Assembly: GCA_963793625.1 (NCBI GenBank) | Contig: CAWCAT010000009.1 | Span: 5,897-69,896, forward strand | Direction: 5' to 3' | DNA: 64,000 nt | Origin: Bryobacteraceae bacterium | GTDB taxonomy: Bacteria; Acidobacteriota; Terriglobia; Bryobacterales; Bryobacteraceae | Shown: positions 17,342-27,280 of the stretch, in pieces | Layout of the letters: every line of letters begins with the position of its first letter | How positions within the stretch are numbered: position 1 is the stretch's first letter | Made by a program: the position numbers and the translations under genes | Notes under the pieces: model-generated | What the model was told of the DNA's origin: nothing | The model's input: only the letters and a program-made list of their open reading frames with translations | The model's database searches: none

Positions 17342-19545
17342 CACTGGCACGCTGCATACGGGTGCGCGGTGTCGTGCAGGGCGTTGGGTTTCGGCCATTC
17401 GTGTTTCGATTGGCGCGCGCGAATTCGTTGGCTGGATGGGTGCTGAACGAGGCAGGCGGCGTTGAGATTCATCTGGAGGGCGCAGAGCCGTCGTTGGATG
17501 CGTTCGTACAGGAACTTGCGGCACAACCTCCGCCGGCAGCGCAGATTGCGGCCATCGATGTGGAAGCCTCGGAACCCTTGGGCCTGATCGAATTTTCTAT
17601 CCGTGAAACTCAACGCAAGGGAGATCTGTCGGTGCGCATCTCGCCGGATCTGCCGGTCTGCGAAGAGTGTCTCGCTGAAATGCGCGACCCTTCGGATCCG
17701 CGCTATCTCTATCCGTATATCAACTGCACGAACTGCGGGCCACGCTACACAGTGATCGAGGCGCTGCCATATGACCGGCCGAACACCACAATGAAGTCTT
17801 GGCCTCTCGATGCGCTCTGCAACCGTGAATACAACGATCCGGCGAACCGCCGCTTTCATGCACAGCCGATTGCCTGTCCTGCTTGCGGTCCTCGCTACCT
17901 GGAGAATGTTGAGGAAACGGCGCGACTGTTGAACGAGGGCAGGGTCGTGGCGATTAAGGGAATCGGCGGTTATCATCTGGCGTGTGACGCGCGTAATTCC
18001 GAGGCGGTCCGCGCAATACGCGACCGAAAGTATCGCAAGGAGAAACCGTTTGCGGTGATGGTGCGGTCGATCGAAGTCGCGCGCACACTGGTTCAGCTTT
18101 CGCCGGAAGCGGAGGCGTTGCTCACGTCGGCTGCGCGGCCCATTGTGCTAGCGCCGGCAAAGGTCGAACTCGCGGAGGTCGCGCCGGGGAACGCCGAACT
18201 CGGATTGATGCTGCCGTATGCTCCGCTGCACCATCTGCTGTTCGATGCCGGCGCGCCAGACGTGCTGGTGATGACGAGCGCGAACCGATCGAGCGAGCCG
18301 ATCGCGTATCAGGATGACGCCGCACGTGCGCAGCTCTCGGAAATCGCCGATGCGTTCCTGGTGGGTGAGCGGCCGATCGCGCGGCGTGTCGATGATTCCG
18401 TTGCGCGCGTGAGTGCGTTCGGGCACACTATACTGCGGCGCTCGCGCGGATACGCTCCGGGCGCTGTTGCCAGGCTGCCGGGCGCGCGACCGATTCTCGC
18501 GCTCGGCGCGGATCTGAAGAACACGATCACGCTGGTGGTGGAAGGACAGGCATTCGTCAGCCAACATATCGGCGATTTGCAGCACTTCGAAGCGCGACAG
18601 GCATTTCAGGAAACGACTCAGGACCTGATGTCGATGTACGAAGTGGATTGGGGCAGCGTGACTGTGGTTCACGATCTGCATCCTGAGTATGCATCGACGG
18701 CGCACGCACTCGGGCTTCAGGGGTCGCGCAAGATCGCGGTCCAGCATCATCGCGCACATATTGCCTCTGTGCTCGCGGAGAAGGAAGCGTGGGATCAGCG
18801 TGTGATCGGGGTCAGTTTCGACGGCACGGGATATGGCGATGACGGAACCATCTGGGGCGGCGAGTTCTTTGCGGGCAGCATGCGCGCAGGCTTTGAACGG
18901 GTGATGCATTTGCGTCGAGCTGACCTTGCGGGCGGCGACGCAGCGGCAACTTATCCGGTGCAGTGTGCGGCCGGATTTCTCACGCAGATTGACGGGCTGC
19001 CCGATCTCGGATTCCCGCCGCGCTACAAGCTGGCGTGCGAGTTGATTCGAAAGCACGTGCGAACGTTTGAGACGACGTCGATGGGTCGATTGTTCGATGC
19101 GGCCGCCGCGCTGCTCGGCTTCACGCGTGAGATCAGCTTCGAAGGGCAGGCCGCAATGTGGCTGGAGCAACTGGCGCGGCGTGCGTCGGCAAGTGCCGCT
19201 TACCCATTTCCGATCGATCGCGATGAACTGGACTTCAGACCATTGCTCGCGGCGCTGATTGCGGATCGAGTGCGCGGACGCGATGTCGGAGAAATAGCCC
19301 GTGCGTTCCAGCGCGCCGTTGCGGTGGGTCTGTGTAATGCCGTTATGATGTTGTGCGAGGCGCACACAACAGATACGATCGTGCTTTCAGGCGGAGTCTT
19401 CCAGAACGAGTTGCTGCTTGAAGATGTGCGCGAGTTGCTCGTGCCTGAACATATTCGCATTTGGACGAATTCGGCCGTTCCCCCGAATGATGGAGGCATC
19501 AGTTTGGGACAAGCTGCGTGGTATTCATGCATGAACTATCGATAG
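17338..19545 (+). CDS. hypF: carbamoyltransferase HypF
   Basis: 735-aa intact ORF. It has the acylphosphatase domain (RVRGVVQGVGFRPFV), two zinc-finger CxxC pairs (CEECLAEM...CTNCGPRY; CPACGPRY), a YrdC-like domain and a Kae1-like domain. Confidence 0.92.
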   Translation: MTLARCIRVRGVVQGVGFRPFVFRLARANSLAGWVLNEAGGVEIHLEGAEPSLDAFVQELAAQPPPAAQIAAIDVEASEPLGLIEFSIRETQRKGDLSVRISPDLPVCEECLAEMRDPSDPRYLYPYINCTNCGPRYTVIEALPYDRPNTTMKSWPLDALCNREYNDPANRRFHAQPIACPACGPRYLENVEETARLLNEGRVVAIKGIGGYHLACDARNSEAVRAIRDRKYRKEKPFAVMVRSIEVARTLVQLSPEAEALLTSAARPIVLAPAKVELAEVAPGNAELGLMLPYAPLHHLLFDAGAPDVLVMTSANRSSEPIAYQDDAARAQLSEIADAFLVGERPIARRVDDSVARVSAFGHTILRRSRGYAPGAVARLPGARPILALGADLKNTITLVVEGQAFVSQHIGDLQHFEARQAFQETTQDLMSMYEVDWGSVTVVHDLHPEYASTAHALGLQGSRKIAVQHHRAHIASVLAEKEAWDQRVIGVSFDGTGYGDDGTIWGGEFFAGSMRAGFERVMHLRRADLAGGDAAATYPVQCAAGFLTQIDGLPDLGFPPRYKLACELIRKHVRTFETTSMGRLFDAAAALLGFTREISFEGQAAMWLEQLARRASASAAYPFPIDRDELDFRPLLAALIADRVRGRDVGEIARAFQRAVAVGLCNAVMMLCEAHTTDTIVLSGGVFQNELLLEDVRELLVPEHIRIWTNSAVPPNDGGISLGQAAWYSCMNYR

Positions 19546-19874
19546 CAATGAGCATTCTCGATGCGGCGCAAGATGAAGCCGATCAGCGCGGCGGCGTCCG
19601 TGTGGAAGCGATTCACATACAGGTTGGTCCGCTCTCCGGCATCGTCAGCGAATCCCTTTTGTCGGCCTACGAACTCGCGCGCGAACAGACTCCGTTTCAG
19701 GATTGCCGGCTGGTGATTGAGGAGATTCCTGTACTCGTGTATTGTTCGAAATGTCAGGCGCAACGTACCGTGGCTTCGATGCAATTGTTCTGCTGTGCCG
19801 AATGTGGCACTCCGGCCACCGAAATCTTGCAAGGCCGTGAGTTACTGGTATGTGCGCTGGAGTTGGCCGAATGA
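19527..19874 (+). CDS. hypA: hydrogenase nickel incorporation protein HypA
   Basis: MHELSIAMSILDAAQDEA... with the zinc site CSKC...CAECG. The ORF is open from GTG 19518, but the canonical MHE start is at 19527. Confidence 0.85.
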   Translation: MHELSIAMSILDAAQDEADQRGGVRVEAIHIQVGPLSGIVSESLLSAYELAREQTPFQDCRLVIEEIPVLVYCSKCQAQRTVASMQLFCCAECGTPATEILQGRELLVCALELAE

Positions 19875-20533
19875 CAACACCCCGGATCGTCGAAGTACGG
19901 CACAACATTCTGAAGCAGAACGATCTGCTGGCACGTGAACTGCGCGAGCGTTTTGCGGAAGCCGGAGTGTTTGTTGTCAGTCTTGTCTCGAGTCCCGGTT
20001 CCGGCAAGACGGCTTTTCTTGAGAAGACTCTGACGCTATTGAAACAGCAATACCGCCCGGCCGCTCTGGTCGGCGATCTGGCGACAGAGAACGACGCGGC
20101 GCGTCTGGCGCGCAGTCAGGCTCCCGTGAAGCAGATCATTACGGGCACGCTCTGCCATCTGGAAGCGGCGATGGTGCAGCGCGCTCTCGATGAATGGAAC
20201 CTCCCTGATATCGATTTCCTGTTTATTGAAAACGTGGGAAACCTGGTCTGTCCATCGTCATGGGATCTCGGTGAGAATCTGCGCCTGGTCTTGCTTTCGG
20301 TAACAGAGGGCGAGGACAAACCGCTTAAGTATCCGACGATCTTTAATAGCGCGGATGTCGCGGTGGTTACCAAGACGGATCTCGCGCAGGCGGTCGAGTT
20401 CGACTGGAACGCCGCATTGAGTAACATCAACGCCGTTCGTCCGGGCATGCCTGTGATTCAGTTATCGGCAAAGACCGGCGCAGGCATGCAGGAATGGATC
20501 GATTTCCTACTTATGCGCCGCAGGCGCGCCTGA
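19871..20533 (+). CDS. hypB: hydrogenase nickel incorporation GTPase HypB
   Basis: The ATG overlaps the hypA stop (ATGA). P-loop SSPGSGKTAFLEKT, followed by ...CHLEAAMV...FIENVGNLVCP...VVTKTDL... Confidence 0.88.
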   Translation: MTTPRIVEVRHNILKQNDLLARELRERFAEAGVFVVSLVSSPGSGKTAFLEKTLTLLKQQYRPAALVGDLATENDAARLARSQAPVKQIITGTLCHLEAAMVQRALDEWNLPDIDFLFIENVGNLVCPSSWDLGENLRLVLLSVTEGEDKPLKYPTIFNSADVAVVTKTDLAQAVEFDWNAALSNINAVRPGMPVIQLSAKTGAGMQEWIDFLLMRRRRA

Positions 20534-21496
20534 CTTACCAAGCCAGGTTTCAATGTCCGGGAAGAGTATTTTCTGAATTTCCGGCTTCGCCAGGTCGTCG
20601 CGGAGGACGAGCGTCGATCCGGTGTTAACCAGTTTCGCGGGAGTCTGGCCCGCGAGTTTTGCGGCTAACGCGCGTACAGATTCGTAGCCCATTCTAAACG
20701 GATTTTGCACGATGAGCGAATCGATCCAGCCGTCTTTCAAGTTGCTGACCAGTTGCTCCGAGGTGTCGAAGCCTACGATTTTAACAGTGCGGTTCGAGCG
20801 CGCACGCAGTGCCAATGCACTTCCGCCGGCTGCGGCTTCGTGATCCGCGAAGATCCCGGCCAGGTCGGGGTGGGCTGTCACCAGATTCTCCGTGACGGCG
20901 CGCGCCTTAGTCAGATCCGCCATGACGAACTGCACGGGAAGGACTTCCAGCGCGGGACAAGTTATTTTGGCCTGTTCGATAAATCCGTCGGTACGCTGGG
21001 TGGTGGAGGCGCTTCCGGGCATGTCGCTGATGATGCCGACCTTGCCCTTGCCTTTCAAGATTTCGCACATACGCCGGGCCGCGACTCTGCCGCCCTCGCG
21101 GTTATCCGTGGCGACATATGAGACCGGGCGTTCTGAATCAAGCCCGGAATCGAAAATCGCAACAGGTATCCCGGAATCGATAGCTCGATGAACCACCGTC
21201 ACCAGTGCCTTCTGATCCACGGGAGCCAGCGCAATGCCATCGACCCTGCGATTGATCATTGAATCGACGATCGAAATCTGACGACTGCGGTCGGACTCCG
21301 TTGCAGGTGCATTCCACGCAAGTTCCAGGTTAGACTCCTGGGCTGCCTTGAGGGCGCCGGCGTGGACCGCCTGCCAGAACACGTGAGTCGAGCCCTTCGG
21401 CACCATTCCAACTACAGGCTTCGTCTTCTGTTGACAGCCGGATAGTACGATTGCGGCAAGCAGCAGCAAGGCCAGAGGCATTTTTGAAAAGTGCAT
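20507..21496 (-). CDS. periplasmic sugar-binding lipoprotein (RbsB/ABC type I PBP family)
   Basis: Lipoprotein leader MHFSKMPLALLLLAAIVLSGC, with an AGGGGA SD upstream of ATG 21496. The body has a typical PBP1 sugar-binding pattern (...VDGIALAPVD...IPVAIFDSGL...VATDNREGG...). There are no adjacent permease or ATPase genes. Confidence 0.7.
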   Translation of the reverse strand: MHFSKMPLALLLLAAIVLSGCQQKTKPVVGMVPKGSTHVFWQAVHAGALKAAQESNLELAWNAPATESDRSRQISIVDSMINRRVDGIALAPVDQKALVTVVHRAIDSGIPVAIFDSGLDSERPVSYVATDNREGGRVAARRMCEILKGKGKVGIISDMPGSASTTQRTDGFIEQAKITCPALEVLPVQFVMADLTKARAVTENLVTAHPDLAGIFADHEAAAGGSALALRARSNRTVKIVGFDTSEQLVSNLKDGWIDSLIVQNPFRMGYESVRALAAKLAGQTPAKLVNTGSTLVLRDDLAKPEIQKILFPDIETWLGKSGAPAAHK

Positions 21497-21527
21497 TTTC
21501 GTTCCCCTCATTGTACAGTCGGAAAGA

Positions 21528-22899
21528 ATGAGCGAACAACGGAAAATCACGAGGCGCGGTCTGTTAGCCGCTGGGTCAGTGGCTATGATGACGGGTGCTG
21601 CCGCGAGCAATCCGAAGCCAAACATCGTGGTGATACTAGCGGACGATCTGGGTTATGGCGACCTCTCGGGCTATGGCGCCGAGGATCTGCGCTCTCCGAA
21701 CCTGGATGCGCTGGCTGCGGCGGGTGTGCGCTTCGATCAATTCTACGCGAACTCCCCGGTCTGCTCTCCCACTCGTGCCGCGCTATTGACCGGACGTTTT
21801 CCCGATTGCGCAGGCGTTCCGGGCGTCATCCGCACGGACCCGCGCAATAGCTGGGGGTACCTTTCCAGCCAGGCGCCGCTGCTGCCGCAAGTTCTGAAAA
21901 CGGCCGGTTATCGCAGTGCGCTCATCGGCAAATGGCACCTTGGGCTGGAATCGCCGAACACTCCGAATGAGCGCGGCTTCGATCACTTCCATGGATTCCT
22001 GGGCGACATGATGGATGATTACCGCACTCATTTAAGGCACGGCAATAACTACATGCGGCGCAATAGGGAGGTAATCAATCCGCAGGGCCATGCGACAGAC
22101 CTGTTCACGGATTGGGCGATTGAGTATGTGAATGATTGCAAGCGCGACAGCAAACCGTTTCTCCTTTACCTGGCTTACAACGCTCCACACGGGCCCGTGC
22201 AGCCGCCGGATGAGTGGCTGGCACGAGTACGCGAGCGCAGTCCCGCGCTTAGTGAGAAGCGCATGAAACTAGTCGCACTCATCGAGCACCTCGATGCCTC
22301 GATCGGCCGGGTGATCGCGCAACTTAAAAGCAACAGCCAATCCGAAAACACGTTGATTCTCTTCCTCAGCGACAACGGTGGCGACCTCGGGGCCGGCGCA
22401 TCGAGCGGCCGTCTGCGCGATGGGAAGGGATCGATGTACGAGGGCGGCATCCGCGTGCCTATGTGTGCGGTCTGGCACGGCCACATCACACCGGGGCTGC
22501 GCTGCAGTTTTCCTGCCGCGACAATGGATTTGCTGCCCACGTTGTGCGAGGTCTCGGGCGCTGCAGGTGCCAGGCGGGGTCGACGGAATCTCGATTCTGC
22601 CAAGCCTGCTTGGGAAGACTCAGCCGGCCTCGGAACGCAATCTTGTGTTCGTGAGGCGCGAGGGTGGGCCGCGCTATGAGGGACGTGACTTCTACGCTTT
22701 GCGCAGCGGAGACTGGAAACTGCTACAGAACACTCCGTTTCAGCCGTATGAGCTGTACAATCTGCGGGAAGATCCACAGGAACAGCACGATTTGGCTAAA
22801 AAGGATCGAGTTACTTATAAAAGGCTCGGAGATTTGTTGACGCGGCACTTGCAGCGCGCTGGGTCTGTACCGTGGCAAGGTCCGCAGAATACTAAATAG
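21528..22899 (+). pseudogene. formylglycine-type sulfatase, one frame break
   Basis: Tat-like leader (RKITRRGLLAAGS), then PNIVVILADDLGYGDL and the FGly motif CSPTRAALLTGR, then ...GKWHLG...LSDNGG... The C-terminus continues in the +1 frame (…VPGGVDGISILPSLLGKTQP...FYALRSGDWKLL...LYNLREDPQEQHDLA). The break is at a GG at 22566-22567. Confidence 0.8.
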
Positions 22900-22940
22900 T
22901 CAGGTCGTGGGCCTGATATACTTTCGCCCAGAGGCGAAAT

Positions 22941-23174
22941 GTGATGGAGAGTGCAGGCTCTTCCGCTGTCCTTATACTAGAGATTGCGATCGCAGTTGTT
23001 GTGTTCGTTTTCTGGTTTGAGATGCTCCTCGACTGTTCAGTCGAGGAGCCCGCGACCGACGAGAAGATCTTGTGGGTAGCACTTATCTTCTTCGGCCAGA
23101 TCTTCGGTGCAATGATCTACTACTTCAAGCGACGGCGTCCCCGGTATGCGGGAACACGCCATTCCGCAGCCTAA
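22941..23174 (+). CDS. small two-helix membrane protein (PLD-nuclease N-terminal-domain-like)
   Basis: 77-aa ORF: ...VVVFVFWFEMLLDCSVEEPATDEKILWVALIFFGQIFGAMIYYFKRRRP... The pattern is W-x3-L-x-D ... K-x2-W ... G-x3-Y-x3-R-R. Confidence 0.5.
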   Translation: MMESAGSSAVLILEIAIAVVVFVFWFEMLLDCSVEEPATDEKILWVALIFFGQIFGAMIYYFKRRRPRYAGTRHSAA

Positions 23175-23184
23175 GCGGCGCGCA

Positions 23185-25334
23185 TCAGAACGACAGTCGC
23201 AGCGAACCTTTCATTACTCGCGGGGCGAGTGCTGCGGTCACCGCGCCAAACCTCGTGTTCGCCTGGCCTCCCAAGGCATCGAAGCGCGCAGCGTTATCGA
23301 CGCTGTAGAACGAGGTGTGGTTGAACGCGTTATACATTTCCCAGCGGAAATGAACTGTGGCCCTCTCGACCTTAAAGCTCTTGAAAACCGAGATGTCCCA
23401 GTTACTTCGACCCGGGCCCCGGAATGCATCCACCGGCGCGTTGCCGATTTCACCTTTACCCGGGGCTGCGAACGCGCTGGTGTTGAAGAATCTCGTAGAC
23501 GTGCGTTCGCCATGCGACAAGGTCGCCGGAGCAACCATAACTGCACGTGTCCAGTCGCCTCCGCCAGTAAGATCCGTGCCGCTCACAAGTGAGTAGCTTA
23601 TCGTCCATGGCCGGCCGCTCTGGAAAAGCGCGAGTCCGGAAACCTGCCAGCCGTCGAACGCCAGGCGCATCGGTTTAACATCCCAAATGCGGCTCGCTTT
23701 CGGAACATCGTAAGTCCAGTTAAGCGAGACCGAATGCGTGCGATCCAAACTCGTCTTGCCGTAATTCAGGTGGTTGTCGAGATAGGTCGGGAAAGTGCCG
23801 GTGTAACCCATGGCTTTCGCGAAAGTCCAACTAGCGCTGAATTGCATGCCTTTGGCGAAGCGGCGGTTCGCCTGAGCCTGCAGCGAGTGATAACTCGATG
23901 AACTGGTCCGCGGGATAGAGACGTTTGTATATCCAAGGTAGGGGCGAAGGTAATCATCAGCCAAGGGACGGTTAGTTGTGGAGTCCAGACTGCTTGGTAG
24001 AAACCGGGTTCCGTAAGGCAGCGTGTTCAACTGCTGCGTCTGCACAAGATTCCGGCCAAGATTGGCTACATACGCAACATCCACCAGCGTCGCGTATCCG
24101 ATCAGTCGCTGAACGCCCAGGCTGTAGTTGTAGAAAGTCGGTGCTTTGATGTACTGGCTCAGCGCCGACACAGTGCGAGGGAACAGAACGCCAGCGTTCG
24201 GATCCATGCTCTGGAAGGTGCTGTTGAAGATCGTCGGCGTGTTCTGCATGTTGTCCACGGTCGGCGTCACACTGCCGCCATTGGCGTGGGTCTGATAGGT
24301 GATGCCGAAGCCTCCGCGCAATGCGGGGTGAAGCGCGTGAATCGCAGGCCGTAGTCGAGAGTGAGGCGGCGCGTTGCCTTCCATGTGTCCTGGAGGTACC
24401 ACTCGATCGTTGTCCCGCGCGGATCGTAATTCGGACGGCTGTCCGATTCGGTGTAGGTCCGATAGGATCCGATCAGTGCATTCGAGTAGGCCCAGTTGCT
24501 ATCAAAGGGGTTGTTGCTATCTCGTGTGAAATCAAAGTTCCCGGCGAAGGTGGCGCCAGCGCGTCGATACATGCGCGCACGCTCGGCATAGAAGCCGCCT
24601 TTGATGGTGTGCGGGCCGGCCACTTTTGTTATCGTCTCGGTGAATGGAATTCTCGATCCCCAGAGGCGGTCCGGAAAATCGTTTCTGACGACGGTCCGCG
24701 ATGCGTTGGTCACTCCGCCGAAGGTGGTCCAGGGGATCAGATTCAAGGGGTTATTGGCCGGATAGATCTGCGGCAAGGTGAATCCCAACTTGGTTCGGCT
24801 CAATGCTGAGAAATCTGCTGCGCCCTCGGGGGCCATCTCTTCGCGCGTGCCGGAGAGGCCGAAAGACGTTTCCGAGATCACGGTCGGAGAAGCAGTGTAG
24901 GTGATAGTTGTCGTTATGCCTGGGTTCCTGGTGTTCAGAACAGTTTTGAGCATCGGCCAAGGCGCATTTCCGGCGACGTTGTAGCCCGCCCAGTTCTCCA
25001 CAAAAGTGGTTCCACGGAAAAAGATGCGCAGCCTGCTGGTCGCGTTGTAATCCAAGCGGATCAGTTCCTGACGGGTGTCCCGTTTTTGGCTCTCCTGGAA
25101 ATTGTAGTTGTAGTTCCGCCGGCTGATCGCCGTATCGAAGAAGTTTGGCAGCGGGAAAATGTTTAGGAGCTTCTGACCATTCGAGTCCACGCGATTGCTC
25201 GGAATTACGTTACCGGGGAAAGCTACGCGACCGTTCAACGGATCCAGGATGCTTACCTTAGTCCCGTTGACATCGACGGTCTGGGAGAAATCAAGCCCTT
25301 CGAGGGCGATCCCGGCGACAGCCGCTTCGGAGAG
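23185..25334 (-). pseudogene. TonB-dependent receptor, C-terminal ~715 aa only (5'-truncated, one frame break)
   Basis: ORFs 23185-24402 and 24267-25424 together read as the barrel of an acidobacterial-type TBDR ending ...GSLRLSF*. The frames join at a GGGG run at 24325-24328 (...DYGLRFTRFTP / ALRGGFGITYQ...). There is no signal peptide, CarboxypepD_reg domain, TonB box or plug. Homology stops at about 25334. Confidence 0.7.
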
Positions 25335-25394
25335 ATGCAAGAGGCGCAGGCGTCGATTCTGACTACGTCGCACACGTCCCTTGCAACGGCATAC

Positions 25395-25848
25395 GATCTG
25401 CCAAAACCGAATGACAACGTGCATTACTTAGACAAACTGCCGGTTGGTCAGCGCGCTTCGCTGGCGGCTTTGCGGGATGTCTACGGAAAGAAGGACGTCG
25501 TGGCCATCGGCCCGCGTTATCAATCGATGAAAGTGGAGGGCACGCGAATCCGCCTGTCCTTCTCAGATCTCGGCGGAGGCTTACGTGCAAAAGGCGACCG
25601 ATTGAGTGGATTCTCGATTGCCGGCGAGGACCACAAATTCGTTTGGGCGGACGCGGTGATCCGAAGGAGACCATGTTGTGGTCTCGAGCAAACAGGTGGC
25701 TCGTCCCGTCGCAGTCCGTTATGGCTGGGCGGACTCGCCCTGCGGCGCCAATCTCTTTGGAAAAACCGGATTGCCCGCGCTGGTATTCCGCACCGATTCC
25801 TGGCCAATGATTACCAAAGCGCGTGCCGCAATCGCGGCGGAGCAATAA
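25395..25848 (+). pseudogene. sialate O-acetylesterase-like protein, C-terminal fragment with a frame break
   Basis: ...[84 protein letters not shown] continues, after a break near 25658, as [62 protein letters not shown]. The SGNH catalytic N-terminal part is absent. Confidence 0.55.
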
Positions 25849-25971
25849 ATATGACGCGAACCACTGCTGTCCAAGACACGACGTTTGCGGTTGAACGGGT
25901 GCTGAGGACAAAGGGTTTGTAGGACAGCATTGATTGTTTTCCGGATGAGGTCTCCCATCTGAGCTATTCGG

Positions 25972-27278
25972 GCCTGTCCAAGTCACTGGAGCGCCAGAGT
26001 AAGTTGCTCCGGGGCGGGTACCAAGGGCGGCGTTTCCATTGGATCGTTCAGCCACTTGGTCAACTCGCGGTAGGTAAACAGGTTGAGCCGGAGCATACAA
26101 GCCAGGTTGGACAAAGACCAGTTGGCCTTGGAGAGGTGATGCAGCCATTTGAGCAACAGCAGTGCGATCAGGGCTGTCCAAATCTGGATACGCAGCGCGT
26201 TCTCGCTGGTGCCGACGAAGGATTTCACTGTCAGGTTTTGTTTCAGGGCCTTGAAGAACAATTCGATTTGCCAGCGCTCTTTGTAAATGGCGGCGATGGT
26301 GGTGGCAGCGAATGCCAGCAGATTGGTGAGCAATACGATTTCGCGCTCGTTTTCGGCGTCCCAGACCACCACGCGCCGCAGCAGGCAGGGGCAATCGGCC
26401 TGGGCTTTGATGCCGGTAAGCCGGATGATCTGATCGGCCAGAATGCCGCGGTTGGCGGGGAACTCGCAGTCTTTGTCGATCTCAAAGGCGGCGTTGTCCT
26501 TAAGGCGCGTGACGAAGTAGATCTCGGCCATAGTCCAGCGACCGAACAAGGCGTAGTCGTTGTAGCCGCGATCCATGGCCACGATGGAGCCGGGATTCAG
26601 AGCAAAGGAATCGGCCAGTTTGACGTCGCTCCGCTTGGCTTGGGTGAGCAGGACGTAGGCGGGCAGGTAATCGTCATGATCGAGCAACACGTGAGCCTTG
26701 ACACCGCCCTTGGCGCGGCGGAACTTCGCCCAAGGAAACAGCGTGAGGCACAGCGAAATGGTGGTCGAATCCAGCGAGAGCAGTTTGTTCTTGAAGCGGA
26801 ATTTGTGTTTGCGGCCGCCGAGCGCCTGCTGCTCGCGGAAGCGTGCCAGCGCGGTCCAGAACAGATCTTCGAACAGAGCGGCGGGACGGTGTTCGTTGGC
26901 ATAGGAGAGCGTAGAACGGCGAGGCGCTTTGGCGATCCCGAGGTGGACCAGACGACCGAGACAGCAGCCCAGCCCGTTGCAGATCTCACGCAGCGAATCG
27001 GCGCGTCCAAGCTGGCAAAACAACATCGAGACGAACTGCGTCCAGCAGGTGAACCCCTTGGCGGCGTGCTCGGCGCCATGCTTCTTCACGAGCGCGGCAA
27101 ACTCGGTCCGGGGGAAATGCTGGAGCAGTTGATTGAACAGGCTGGCTACTTGTACGATTGTCTTGCCCTCCTTGTGGGTGACGTGCGGCGAGAGTCCGGC
27201 CAAGGAACACTTCGCTCACGTTCAATTATAGGAGGGCTTTCTTTTTGCTAACTGGAAGTCAAAGCTGTTTTGGACAAG
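25972..27278 (-). mobile_element. IS4-family insertion sequence (approximate ends)
   Basis: The intact transposase gene is flanked by imperfect terminal inverted repeats. The left end is cctgtccaagtcact at about 25972. The right end is gctgttttggacaag at about 27264-27278, whose reverse complement is cttgtccaaaacagc. The ends were judged by eye, and I could not establish a target-site duplication. Confidence 0.5.
25983..27203 (-). CDS. IS4-family DDE transposase (DUF4372 N-terminal domain type)
   Basis: 406-aa intact ORF: ...FTCWTQFVSMLFCQLGRADSLREICNGL...LLSLDSTTISLC...GGVKAHVLLDHDDYLP...IVAMDRGYNDYALF...YKERWQIELFFKALKQNL... The DDE and YREK-type signatures are typical of IS4-family enzymes. 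Confidence 0.85.
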   Translation of the reverse strand: MAGLSPHVTHKEGKTIVQVASLFNQLLQHFPRTEFAALVKKHGAEHAAKGFTCWTQFVSMLFCQLGRADSLREICNGLGCCLGRLVHLGIAKAPRRSTLSYANEHRPAALFEDLFWTALARFREQQALGGRKHKFRFKNKLLSLDSTTISLCLTLFPWAKFRRAKGGVKAHVLLDHDDYLPAYVLLTQAKRSDVKLADSFALNPGSIVAMDRGYNDYALFGRWTMAEIYFVTRLKDNAAFEIDKDCEFPANRGILADQIIRLTGIKAQADCPCLLRRVVVWDAENEREIVLLTNLLAFAATTIAAIYKERWQIELFFKALKQNLTVKSFVGTSENALRIQIWTALIALLLLKWLHHLSKANWSLSNLACMLRLNLFTYRELTKWLNDPMETPPLVPAPEQLTLALQ

Positions 27279-27280
27279 AG

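Noticed and set aside
20507-21625. The extended 372-aa form of the sugar-binding protein ORF, which would overlap the divergent sulfatase start.
   Set aside because: The extra N-terminal 43 residues precede a textbook lipoprotein signal peptide that has its own SD and ATG at 21496. The extension is unlikely to be translated.
26004-27251. 415-aa plus-strand ORF spanning the whole IS antisense to the transposase.
   Set aside because: Its composition is Gly/Gln/Glu/Val-rich and repetitive, and I saw no motif. It overlaps exactly the strongly supported DDE transposase frame. It is most likely a GC-driven shadow ORF, not a second IS gene.
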